Positions 13,201 through 25,105 of a stretch of DNA of 64,000 nucleotides are shown in pieces. Source of the DNA: Balanoglossus misakiensis (lineage: Eukaryota > Animalia > Hemichordata). The first letter of the stretch is position 1; every line of letters starts with the position of its first letter. A model generated the notes under the pieces. The model saw only the letters and a list, made by a program, of their open reading frames with translations. It searched no databases and was not told the origin of the DNA. Location of the stretch: NCBI GenBank assembly GCA_040954595.2, contig CM082581.2, forward strand, positions 14,085,921 through 14,149,920. Direction: 5' to 3'. Both the position numbers and the translations under genes were made by a program.

Positions 13201-15344
13201 GTCACGTGAATGTCTGGCTCTAAGGGTGAAATATAAAGAACAAGGTAATGGATGACTGTGGTAAATCAGAATCGGTGCGTTCTTGGGTACTTTGGCACAC
13301 GCGCGCAATGCCATTGACAATGAGTTTGACTTGAATCTAGCCACCGGTATAGTAGTGGGCTTTCGTTCAACTGCATTCGTAGTTGATACACAGTCCCTCT
13401 GTGGTTGAGGAAACCCAGATACATTCCAGATGTCATCTTTCAAAAGGACCAAACTCACCGAAGTCACAATTAAGGCCACATACGCAGGCCCGCAATGTTG
13501 TTCACGTTGACACTGACTCCAACATGACTTGAGGTGACGAGTAAAACAGCTATGCCATGGAGAGGCTTAATCTGATTTTCCCGCGGAACAAATATTAAGT
13601 ACTGACATGCCAACACTGGAGATTAAAACAAATGGTCTTTTTGACATATATCCACCCCATGTTCCATATTGGCCATTTTCATTTTGATTGCTACAACATA
13701 TGAAATACGCCTGGAGCTTTATGCACTACCCAACTTTATGAAACCTCTGCAATCACTGCGCTACTATTGGTTTTATATGTCATAATCTTATATTTGGCGC
13801 CAATTTATATTAGGTCATGTCCTGACGACGTTAACACCAAAACATTCAAAATTGAAATGTTTCTTGAGTAGAAAAAAATGACACACTATCATCAAATATA
13901 GTGATTTTTCTCATTCCCACCCAAAATGTAAGATATTAAAAAGAAGCATTGATCAGAAGTGATTTTATGCTTGAAGGAAGTTACTGGTTTTGTTTTTCTT
14001 GAAAACAGACCCTTCTGTTCGATTTTGCACGAATGATCGATTCGTGCATATATCTACTTTTATTTTTAAGAGAGCTCTTAATTGATTTTAAATGTTTCAT
14101 CGAGAAAAATCCATTTGATAATCAATATATATTTTCCGTCATCACCATTTTCTTTGACCGTAAAAGCACCCGTGAATTGAATGATCCCATATCAAATTAT
14201 TTTGAATATCATAGAGTTCACTGGTTAAAAAGTCAATATGAATTTTCAGTCGTTGTCTTGAGTTGCAGCACCACTTCCTTAAAAATTACATGCCTTTGAT
14301 AATGACGCCAAGTACATAAACTCCAACATTGATCGTTGTCATTGGTGATTCTGGTATAAGCACAGGAATTACTCGTATTCACAGGGTAACATGTTTGGAT
14401 GTCTGTCCGCTTTAGTCCTCTTGGAAACCAATTGCAATGTCGATTGATTTATCTGTCTGCGTACATTACTTTGGAAAATGTTTGCATTGCAAAGTATAGT
14501 CCGTGAAGAGCTAAACAGACAGCCTTGGCAATTGGACGTGTTTTTATGTACTCTTTTCCCATCCAACCACGTAAATGCATACTGCAGTTCGTATTTCCGC
14601 AGCACAACAGCGCCAGTGCATGAATGACGCGGTTAGAACGACATAAAATTAGCAGTCAGCTGCCTCCGTCGATGGATGCAATTGAATACAGCCATCAAAA
14701 TCGCTGACGTATACACATTGGACTTGTTGACAGGTTCCCTATCGACTTTAATCGAGTCACTGAGCAGATTGACTTCAACAACGACATGTGCGGGACGGTG
14801 CTAGCGTTAACACCAGCAGGGCGTTTAGGCCTAAATGTTTAGTAAATTGAGATATGTATTAGTGGCTCAAGTTTGAAAACTTTATACAGCTTTATCAGAA
14901 GTACATTTCTTCAGGGAGACTTGAGATTTTACAGCTGTCCCGGCTCTTTATAAAATGTTACATGGAAAATGACAGGTGACTCGGTTCGGAGTGTCACTTA
15001 TGGCTGTGGATTTAACATCTCTGTTACATTTAACACCAGGAATGTCCCAGGGCGAAAAGCTAACAGAGGTCGTGACGAGGTCGACAGAAAAATTTCGCCT
15101 GTTCGATGATGGCGACGAGATGAACACCGGCATCTCAACCACAGTTGTTGTTTTTTCCAATACGTCGAATATGGTACAAATAGAAGACACATACGCGCAA
15201 CTTCGCAAGCTTCTTAGGGCGGTGTCATTAAACGTTTCAGTGGGTGTCGGATGTCTCGTTAGGTACTCATGCCCCCCTAAATGCCATCGGCGTGATCCAT
15301 CCCCTTTAACAATCCGCATGTCATGCCCTTTGATTGGATCTCTC

Positions 15345-15358
15345 GTTACCAAGGTAAC
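15345..15358. promoter_or_regulatory. RFX X-box-like palindrome GTTACCAAGGTAAC
   Basis: Near-perfect palindrome matching the GTTNCC-N(0-3)-RGYAAC X-box pattern. Confidence 0.35.
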
Positions 15359-18349
15359 TAATCTTAAAGACGGGGTTTGCACATAAGCCTTCATGAAACA
15401 CCAAAGTCTTCCAATTCAACGAAGCAATTAAATGGTGAAACATGATAGGTGTAACGTGTTCATGTGCCACCTTCTTAGGCTGGCGACGTAATGTAGCGGT
15501 GAATGCCGCTGGTATGATTATATCACTCGTTAAAATTGGATTATATTCCTACCTTTCACGATTAAAATGCACCACTGGACGATTAGTGGGTGCTACGACA
15601 ATTGGTCGGGTTGAAGCCGAGACAGATTTCCCGGAATATTCGATTAAAACGACAAATTTCTTGTTGTAGTACCCTGAAGATCTGATAACTCTTGTGTTTT
15701 AATGAGCTGCCGCTGGAGACAGACGCTGCACTCTTGTGACAAAACGAAGCCGTGATATGATTTAAGGGTAAACTAGCAATTATCCATGGGGAGGGGTATA
15801 TTGGGACATTTTCGAGGCTTACTGCCTTACATACCTTTGTACGTACGTGAAAAGGCATAAAAGGTGGGTCTGCTGAAACCTTTTGTCAATATCTTCACGC
15901 CCTCCATGTTAGAGTTCAACTGAACCTGAAACGCCCCAGGGGAGAAAAAAGAAACATCAACGTATCCACACTTTCACCAGAGCTTCGCAAACTATCCATC
16001 AACGCCCGTTGTGTATCAGGGCACCATTTGATTGATTGTATGGTCTAGTTTGGATATCGGGTGTCTTTTCCTCAACATGTATCCTGTACTAAATATAATT
16101 TTACAGTCTCTAAAAATAACAGCTGACTTGCATCTATGTCTTTTTGACAGATGGAAGGTATTCTTTGGAATGCGTACAAGGCAAGTCTTAATCTGCATGG
16201 TTCTTTTTATACTCACTGCTGACTTCAGCCTGCACATTCTTGATAAATTTGCTTGCACGGAACATGTTGGGACTTCATCAACTTTGGACGTCACAGTCTT
16301 TTCCATGCTTCGTTTGATTGTCCAGACCTCAGGCAATTCAAAGCATTCATGTCTATTTTCAGTTTATTTTATAATCACTCTATAGGCGTTATTCGGTGTT
16401 CAGTTGTTATTTGCTGTTATTTAAAAGAGTTCAAGTTACAAGAAAGGGGTTTGATTCCTCGATGTTCTGTAAACACTTATTTTTGCCTTTCCAATACCAA
16501 TTGCCCAGCTTAAACTTTTAGAAGTTCAGGCCATCACCATAAAGCTAATTTTATGACATAACAGAGTAAGGCGCCAGTGAGTAAGTAACTTCAGCTGATA
16601 CCATGCATAGTATGGATATTAGTTTCATATTATATCTTATGAATCAAAGAGTCCGAAAAGTTAATTTCACACGCTATCATCACCAAGCCTAAGTAAATCG
16701 TCTCATAGATGATTAATATACAATCATGACATTTGATAACCACGAATTGATTTCTTCAGAAATACTATTGCTCTTATTTATATAAAGGTTAAGTAGGGTT
16801 ATAGAAATGTTGTAATATTCACGTATCAAACAACCTAAGATGAAGTGTCGATAAACTTTCACAGAGACGTGTTTTCGTTAATAAAACGTCCCCATCATTT
16901 TTTTGCTTCGTGCAATTTGTGAAAATGCAGATAACCACCATCACATCTAACTAGAGTTTCTAAAAGTTTGCTCGTTCAGCTAGAAATTCAATGTTTAATT
17001 TGGTTTAACTGCTTTATTCATTCCATGGTTCATTCTATTCATTTCCACACATGCGTCGACGTAGCAAAGAAGAACTCCTCTCTTCCTTTTCTGAAAAAAA
17101 CTGTCGTGTTGTGTTTTTCACGCTGAGTTGCAGTTTTACCACATGGCCGCATCGTTCCCTTCCCGGGTTCAATGCCTTGAGTTGGCTTGTCAAAAATTGA
17201 TTGAAAAATCTCCTGGAAGGAACACATTGCAGTTGTATATTGTTTTGATATATATTTGTTCTTGTCATACAAAATCGCAAAATAAATTGTTTGAAGTATT
17301 TTGGCATAAACAATTGCCGATGGTCGAACGGACATATCCCAGAAAATTTTCCCCTTTTCTCAGGGGACTATTGGAGAACCATGGTATACAAAAATGCGAG
17401 TGTTTACAACTGACGATCTTGCAAGAGTTATGTGCAGCGAAGAAAAATTCATAAACGTGTCTCCCCCTGAATTGTCCGAATAACTGACATAGTCTATACT
17501 TGCATTATCTTATAGTACGTGAATTCACCATACAGAATATGAAGCAACCAGGCACATAAACACAGCATCTAGCCTTTCAAACCAGCTGACATCATTCTGA
17601 AATGCTAATCGACAGCACGTTTGACTGTGGAAACGTGTTATTGTTTGAGACACTTGCATTAAAACATTCTCAAAGTCCAACTCATAATAACTGCATGGGC
17701 GCAAAGAGTGTGCAAAATCTACTCACAAAGAAAAATTGTATGACTTGTGTTTGACTAAACAAATTTGGTTGTTTTTGCCTGCTTTTCTAGGCTGATTGAC
17801 AAGTCCCGCGCTAACGACTGGCTAGTGTGTTTTATCCTAGACGACGGGTGTAAATTCTACTGTGAGAAAGGCTTCTTCATTCAATCACATAGTGATAGCG
17901 GGAGTTCTTCAAAGCTGTACTATGGTGTATCATGTGGTTTGTGTGTCGTGGCAATGTGTTGCACACATAATCAAGACCACGAAAAGTTCTAATTTTAATG
18001 AAAATTGTACTGCGCATTATACGACTTTTCTAATCAATTAAATTATATGCAAGAAAAAGTAAAATTCAACAAACATACACGATGTAATAATCATAGAAAG
18101 CATGCAAACGATATCTTCGCGTACGTGCAGATATCAAATGTGGAAACGTCTCTATTGTCAGATTAGCTATTACGAGTGCACGTTACTAATGCTTACATGA
18201 TTTCTCTTTCCAACTGAATCACACACAATTGTTGAGTAATCCAGTGTGAAATGAGCTGCGATATGACTGTCTTTTCTCTGAGTCACGGCCCTGTTCCTTT
18301 ATGAGGTCTGTGGTGAGTTGAAATGAGTACACAGAACAAACAAACACAG

Positions 18350-18482
18350 CATACATACATACATACATACATACATACAATGTACATACAACGTGCGTAT
18401 ACATACGTAGACTACTAACATGTGTACGTGCGTACATTACGTGGGTACATACATGTACATGTACATGCGTAAATGCGTACAC
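18350..18482. repeat. (CATA)n microsatellite grading into a degenerate alternating purine-pyrimidine tract
   Basis: About 7 perfect CATA units at 18350-18379, followed by tacatg/gtac/gtgc-type alternating sequence to about 18482. Confidence 0.9.
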
Positions 18483-19626
18483 TCGTTTACAATTAACATA
18501 GCACCCCCATGGTTGCACGGTAGACTGAAAATCAATGTAGAATATGGTTCGCCTGAATCAAAACATGAAACGCCATCGCTTCCAGTCATAAACACCGCCA
18601 CTCAAAACGTGTAAACAGCACTGCCTGAAAAATCTGTCGACAACACCTGCTATGCATTTAATGTCAACAGGGTACTTCGGAATAAACAGCCTTTTCAAGT
18701 CTTTGGAATGTATTGATTAGTCACGGAAAGTTCCTTTGAAGATGTAGAAAAAGCAAGGAATCGCGCTACAGGTGTGACCCTACCCTGACAACTAGAATAT
18801 TCATTATCATATACATGTACTTGTTCAACTCTTTTGTGGTAGGTCCCAAAAACACATACCAAAGTTCAACGCATATAAATAATCTGTAGTAACCACCGCT
18901 GGGTTGACATTGAAAAGCTAGCAATAAAGGTCACAAGCAACTTCTTATTAGACTATTCCTTATAGATTGACATCAACAAACTTAAACCTTGGCTAATATG
19001 CGCGTTATATATCTGTGCTTACGTATGTACTACAAAGTGCAGTGGTGTTGAATATATTTCTCTTGCGGACAGCAAAGTGTTTGGGAAAAATGAGGAAAGA
19101 TTCATGTAACCATGGATACGACCTAAAATACTAACTTTGCTTGAGAATCCTTATACATCAGAAGCGTGCCTAACAACAAATTGGCCAGCCTAGCCGAAAT
19201 GAATTCTGCCGCACGCTTTCTTACACATGAAAGTCATCGCCACTTCATTGGAGGAATTTTAGGGGAGAGTTCATTCAAGCGATATGATCCGATCGGAGAC
19301 ATCTTGTTTTCTAGTGTTAAATCCAAGCATTGTGGCGTACATGAATGTTTTGTCCGTCTTGAAGCATGCCGGAATTTACCAAGTTCACAGATCCACAATT
19401 GCACTTTCTTTTGAGCAATCCAAGAAAATAGTCAGAAAGCAAGAGAAGATTTGGTTCTTGACACAATGATTGAGGATGGATATTACCTTGTCAATGGTCA
19501 CTTGCCCTGAGAGCAACTTAATCAATTTGGAATAATATTAACTACAAAATGCCTCAATTTATTAACAAAATGTCGCGATTCCCTGATTAATGAGACGAAC
19601 TAAAGTGAGTTTTCATATTTTTCTAG

Positions 19627-19742
19627 GTTACTTCAAGATGTGGCCTTAATCACGCTGTCTGCAAGTTGGATGGAAGTTTATAACCGAAATCTTGTGGGAT
19701 CTATGCTTCAAAATGAACGAAGTGGACTGATGGCATATACAT
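19627..19742 (+). other. Candidate internal exon (116 nt) of an unannotated spliced transcript
   Basis: Acceptor ttttcatatttttctag| and donor ACAT|gtaagt. One frame is open throughout (LLQDVALITLSASWMEVYNRNLVGSMLQNERSGLMAYT; phase 2 in, phase 1 out). No homology recognised. Confidence 0.3.
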
Positions 19743-21923
19743 GTAAGTGTAGGAATTATCTGAACTTTCCAATAATGTACGGACGTTGACAAGAAATGGT
19801 TGACGCTCTTGCTTCAAAGTTTCTTTTTCTGCTGTCCCATTATTTGATGAATCAGTTTCCTTTCAGCTTTTAACTCAAGACTTCCAGTGCCATATTACAA
19901 AATGCGCCTCATGCCCCCCGGCGACTACCACGTGACAATAATTGAATTATAACCAGGATTACCTGACATTTAAAACGAGTCTGATATCAGAATGCCAAAC
20001 AGGGTACCTCTCTTATTTTGTTCTGTTTGCTTGAATTGGGTATAGCTGCAAATCTTGAAGTATGCGTACTTTTACGCCCGTGAGTTTAGGGGGAAGAGTG
20101 GCTGAATCTACAGAATTTTGTTCAGTTTGCCGATTGTGTCTGTTTATGAGTGCTCAATGCCGAATGCTGAAGTACCGCGCGTACCGAGCTAATTGCTGCA
20201 CCTGCCCGAGTTTCTTGCAGGGAAAAAGTCTAATAAACCTCGAAGCTAGATCGGCTCTTAATCACACAAATCTGCTGAAGACTCGCGTCTCAACATGTAC
20301 GATCTACTAAAATGTAGGTTAGTCTTTCCACTGCACTTTCCGAGATGGCCTACATTCAAGATATTACATATTTGCGCTAGGATGCATGAGGGCGCCCTGT
20401 AATGTTCGTCCATAGTAAACGTCGTTTTTTGTCCGGTCTCTGCAGTTAGTAGAACATCATTGCATGAGACGGTGTACTGATCTTTTAAAAGTAATCATAG
20501 GCGCGCAAGAATTGCCTGAAACATCGTTCGCAAATCGACGTAAATCTAGCTTGAATGGTAAATTGTTTGCATTCGCAGATTGGCACATAATTAGTATCTA
20601 TTCGTTATGTAAGAGAATTTCTTTGGGTGGTTTGCGTCGTCAGGTGTTGAATCACGGTCTCTGAGGTTGAATGTGTGTACATGTACCATGAATGAGGGAG
20701 AATTCTTTTGAATTTAGTATCGGTTGTAACTCCACGATGTTCACAACAGCTATTGTTGTGCTATAAAATTGTTGAAACGAGTATGCCTATAGCGCCGCCA
20801 GTGTCGAGTGCATTCAAATGGTTTAAGGAGATCTTTGAGTTGAGCGCTGCTGGCGCTAGACAATGCAAGTTGTTGCGAGAACCAAACCGACATATCCTCT
20901 CCTTCACAAAGTGCAGTTTTTGTATTGTTTACATAATAGACCGTAATTTGCCATTATCCCATCTGTTAAAATGTTTTCTTTTCGGAGGTAATCAAAACGT
21001 TGGAGTGTACAATACCAGACTTGATTGAATTCTTAAACACGAATGGAGAAATCCAGTGGAAACAGACTATCGTCAATGGCTGGGCAAAAGTACAATCTTT
21101 GTAAGAAACATGAGATATAATCACCTGACACACGACAAAATACTAGTACTAAAAATCAGCTATCAGAAGTTGCATTAATTTCGTCTAAATTCCTTGAATT
21201 TGTGGCGAGAAAGAGTTTAATTATGGAAATTCTATTACCCGTTTAGGTTAATGACTGCAGAAGTTTCGATTTGGGATATGCCAAAAACTGCATGTACAAA
21301 CCACAGAAATGACAAATGACACTTAACGACACGTCAGAACTACCATACATCCGTTAACATGGCGCCAGGCCAGAAATACTTGTCAGATTCTTGTACATGA
21401 ACGATTTGTCAGCGCGCAAAATGTCCCCATTCTGTGCAATTGTTGATTTATGATTTAACGAATGACTTCTGAATCTGCAAGTGTTAGTTGAAATGCTTGG
21501 AAAATCACTGGCGTTGTCCGATGCACATTAAAATCGGTGCCCTACAGCAATTCGAAAGTGTGCGTATAGTCTGTTAGACTTCAAAATGTTTGGGTCTACA
21601 CGTGCACGTTGTGGGTGAAGAGATGCATGTTGGGTGTAACATGAGAACTTTCACTTGAAGGCTCTATGTCAGAAAATGTCGTTCAGAAGGTACTTCTCTG
21701 CACTTGTCTTGTCATGGTGGCCATTTGATGTGCGCATCGAAGATCAATTGTGGATATAACATGTGTCATACACAATGTCAGAGGATGCACGTAATGGTAC
21801 ACAATTTGCAAATTGACAAAGAACTTTGTTTTTCTCATTTTCTTAACCTTTAATCCAGGTCTATCTAAACGTTTTCATTCTATGCGCAGTCCCATTTTGT
21901 ACTCCCGGCCGTATTACAGCGGT

Positions 21924-22124
21924 TCACACATCAGTATTGGTGGCGTACATATAGCTGTCATTGCCAATGAAGGTCAGACTGACATTGGTTTGCTGTCCTG
22001 TCTTCATCGTTTTACAGCCTTCGCTCATGATGGCCTGCGCACATGGCAACCGCTGACTGCGGAGTTCTGGTTGTACGCATTTGTCAATGCTTCTTTCAAC
22101 ATTTAAGACAGCGTTCACAAACAC
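21924..22124 (-). other. Candidate exon, possibly a coding terminal exon (66 codons) or a lncRNA exon
   Basis: Strong - strand acceptor ttctcctgcccccctccccttcacag|G. The only long open frame starts exactly at the acceptor (VFVNAVLNVERSIDKC...YATNTDV*). Product not recognised. Confidence 0.25.
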
Positions 22125-23149
22125 CTGTGAAGGGGAGGGGGGCAGGAGAATTTTGAAATTATGTCATCGTGTCTGCAGGAACACATTGAGAATCTTGCAG
22201 AAGACGAACAATGCTCGTTTCCAAGTAAATATTCTGACAATACAATGTTGATACATGTATATGTAAATAATACTAGGGGTTGGACAGGCATTCCATATTG
22301 AATTTTGAAATCCGGGAGAATGTGGTTTTCATTCCATATAAATAGATATTAGAAAAACGGTGAAATTTTCATATCTATGACGACACTGGATAGGGACCCA
22401 AACCGTCGACTGTTCGATTGCAGCGTCTTGTACGATCCTTCTCTCTCAAAGGAAATCGACGAAACTTTGTGATTTCATTGATTTCGCACGTTCTCCGCGG
22501 TAACTATTGCCTAGCAATTTGAATCCTTCGATATTGCCTCGAGGTAGTTCTGCGCCGATAGCTTTCTCGCATTCTAATAAATGTTTGGGCAGCAAAAGGC
22601 TACCTTGTTCTACATATTCTGACTGTAGCTGCATGTCTTGGTTAGAACCGCAACGAATGGTACCTGGCGTGTTCTACACGCGAACGGGATTGGTAAATAA
22701 AAACCCCCAGACAGGAGACGACCATAATGTCAAGACCATGTGATTAGTGGTAAACCACAAACACGATTCCAAATTCGGTCGCAAGTTAGAGTAAAATTAG
22801 CGCAACAAGGGATATTTTAAACACTGCTATTTACACTCCAAATATCACGAACGGGATTGAAAAAGATGTCTAGCCTTTTTATACCAAATTTAGAAATGTC
22901 TCACCAAAAGGAAGCGTATTCGGCTCACCATGGTACCTGGTTTAGCTATTTATGTCCCGGCATTTTGTATAATGCTTCACCTGTTTAAAGATGTTATCTC
23001 CGGAGTTGCTGACTGATAGCGTATGGTTTGAAGCAATCACCTTGACAACTTCACCATGTGTTGATGGAAGTTTTTAACATCATTCTTGATATATATGTAT
23101 ATGGATGGGTGAAGTGATGGTCAGGTTAAAACTGTGGCACGGAGACCCC

Positions 23150-23186
23150 TATATAAAACAGTCTGATTTTCCCCATTTCTTCAGTT
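23150..23186 (+). promoter_or_regulatory. Candidate Pol II core promoter: TATA box plus initiator
   Basis: TATATAAAA at 23150-23158 and TCAGTT at 23181-23186. TATAAAA (23152) lies 31 nt upstream of the Inr A (23183), which is canonical spacing. Confidence 0.35.
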
Positions 23187-23952
23187 CTCAAAGTTGTCAT
23201 TGGGTTCTTAGACAACCTAACAGCTAACACGCAATTTCATATTGAACGTTAACAAACAAAAGTAAAATCATGTAAAAAGTATTGTTCCAACAGTTGGTAG
23301 ATTCCAAAGCTGCATATATGACATTAGTTCACTTAATCATGTATGGGTGGAAATACAAGAGCGTGTACTCCCCATTTTAACTTTAAGTCTTGGAGGAAAG
23401 ATGGATTAAATGTGATTCGTGGAAAGGGTTTTGGGAAATCAGGCTTATATTGAACTGGATAGGTTGAGGTTTATGCCAATGCTTGATGTCTCGCATAGGT
23501 TGGACTGAATTCAATTAATTGACTTCTTTGACGAGACAGTCTAATAATGAATGAAGGTGACCTTATAAGTTATATCGAGGCTTTGCATGGCGTTTCAGTT
23601 TGTACATGTATTAGCGTGTAGTGATTTGAACAGCTGAAGACAACAGCGCCCATGTTTGCATTTGCAAGTGAATTATGTCATTCGTGAACACATTCAATCG
23701 ATGTACTACACTAGTGCACTGTAGTTTGTCAACCAATCATATTTATACCGCGACCGTACTGTTCTACAGAGGTGCAAATTGCCAATCAAGCCTGCAATGC
23801 ATCTCTGATACAGTAATGCACAAGACAAACGAGTGCACTTAGAGCCTGTACACGAGCGATCAATGCCTTTTGTGAAAATACTCTGCAGAGTTTAGTTGAC
23901 TAAGTCTCTTTTTCGAAATGTTCTGTTTTTAGTTCAGTAATATTTTGCAGGT

Positions 23953-24084
23953 ATGGACAATGATGACGACATTGATGACAGTAATGTTAACGAACGAGAT
24001 ACGGCGCCATTTAATAATGACGAAGCAAGTGCACCATCGTTGGGCCATAGGAATGAAATTTTATGTTCTAAGAGCGTTAACTAG
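23953..24084 (+). CDS. Candidate small ORF or terminal coding exon, 43-aa acidic peptide MDNDDDIDDSNVNERDTAPFNNDEASAPSLGHRNEILCSKSVN
   Basis: Lies 2 nt after the acceptor tattttgcag| (23950). ATG at 23953, TAG at 24082-24084. D/N-rich composition. Below the ORF-track length cut-off; no homology recognised. Confidence 0.2.
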   Translation: MDNDDDIDDSNVNERDTAPFNNDEASAPSLGHRNEILCSKSVN

Positions 24085-25002
24085 TTTAAAAACTAAGTTG
24101 GTGATCGGTTGAAAAGCACCCTGTTCTGCTTTCCAAGCACTCTCTCATACTGAAGAAGAAATGCCTGAAGCACAATACATTCATTGAAAAAGGCCATTAC
24201 ATCGTAAAAATAAGTTAAGACCTGCAGAAGACATCTGAGACAGGTTGTCAAGTTTATGCCAATATCCTGGTATTACACAAATTTTATGTCCTTCGTGCTC
24301 AGATTTGAGATCATCGCTACACTCCGCATTTAGTATTCAAACGATTCGCGATTTGACTTAGAGATTGATATGTTGGCGTGTGCCACATATTGAGCAGGGT
24401 TGGTTGACTATTTTCGAAACACACAGCATCATTTCATGGGTCTTTTGGCCGGGGGTCTTACATCTTTCCTGTATGGATTTGACATTCTTATATGTACTGT
24501 ACTGTACTCTGTTTGCCTTTATAACCGGCCACTTGGAAATTTTGTAATATGGATGGGGCGAGAGAAATTGTCTGTTTTAACAAAATCGTGATAAGCTACG
24601 CGCGCCAGAATGACAAACAGAGAAAATAATTTGCTTGGCCTAATCGCTAATCAACGTCCAGGGCACTGTAATTATCGGATACTGCATTGTACCCTTATAT
24701 TTTGATGGAATTAAATCTTTCCTCCATGTTATAATTAGGAGAAGCAGTGGAAGGTTCTATTCGCTCGGTTTGCTCCGATGGACGACCTGCAATTCAAAAT
24801 CAACTTGTGCGAAATTAAATAAAAGAACAACTGACTTCAGTTGTAATATTATGCACCACCCATTGACAATATCGACGAAATGAAATGGTTGATTGGTACC
24901 AAAGTACTGCACGACATGTCATTTTGTGACAAATACGCCGCGTAGGTCACTGGGAAGCCAGCAAATTGCACCATTGTCGATCGAGTCCATGGCATGTATA
25001 AG

Positions 25003-25105
25003 GTAAGGTATACATGGTCCAGGGCGCGGCTATATAATATTTTGCGACATCGCGTGGGCAATGGTTCATATTTGAAATAAAGTACTTTTCATTCCCCCTT
25101 TGCAG
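25003..25105 (+). other. Candidate 103-nt GT-AG intron
   Basis: Donor AAG|gtaagg at 25002/25003. Acceptor cttttcattccccctttgcag|G at 25105/25106. Confidence 0.4.

Noticed and set aside
13021-13479. Longest ORF (152 aa, - strand) contains IYHSHP, reminiscent of the JAB/MPN (JAMM) motif
   Set aside because: JAMM needs HxH-x7-S-x2-D, and here the S and D are absent (HSHPLPCSLYFTLR). The ORF starts at GTG and the rest shows no MPN-like pattern.
14948-15394. Overlapping 148-aa (-) and 136-aa (+) ORFs
   Set aside because: No recognisable domain. The - strand frame closes 8 codons upstream of its ATG and I saw no convincing splice-site pair. The overlap is best explained by locally higher GC.
15670-15690. 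TACCCTGAAGATCTGA resembles miR-10
   Set aside because: Mismatch at position 8 and in the 3' half, and no downstream star arm.
16315-16340. TGATTGTCCA...GCAATTC resembles miR-219
   Set aside because: The match requires a 5-nt insertion and there is no complementary arm to form a pre-miRNA hairpin.
17140-17180. GGGTTCAATGCC, similar to a tRNA/SINE B-box
   Set aside because: No A-box at proper spacing and no cloverleaf stems.
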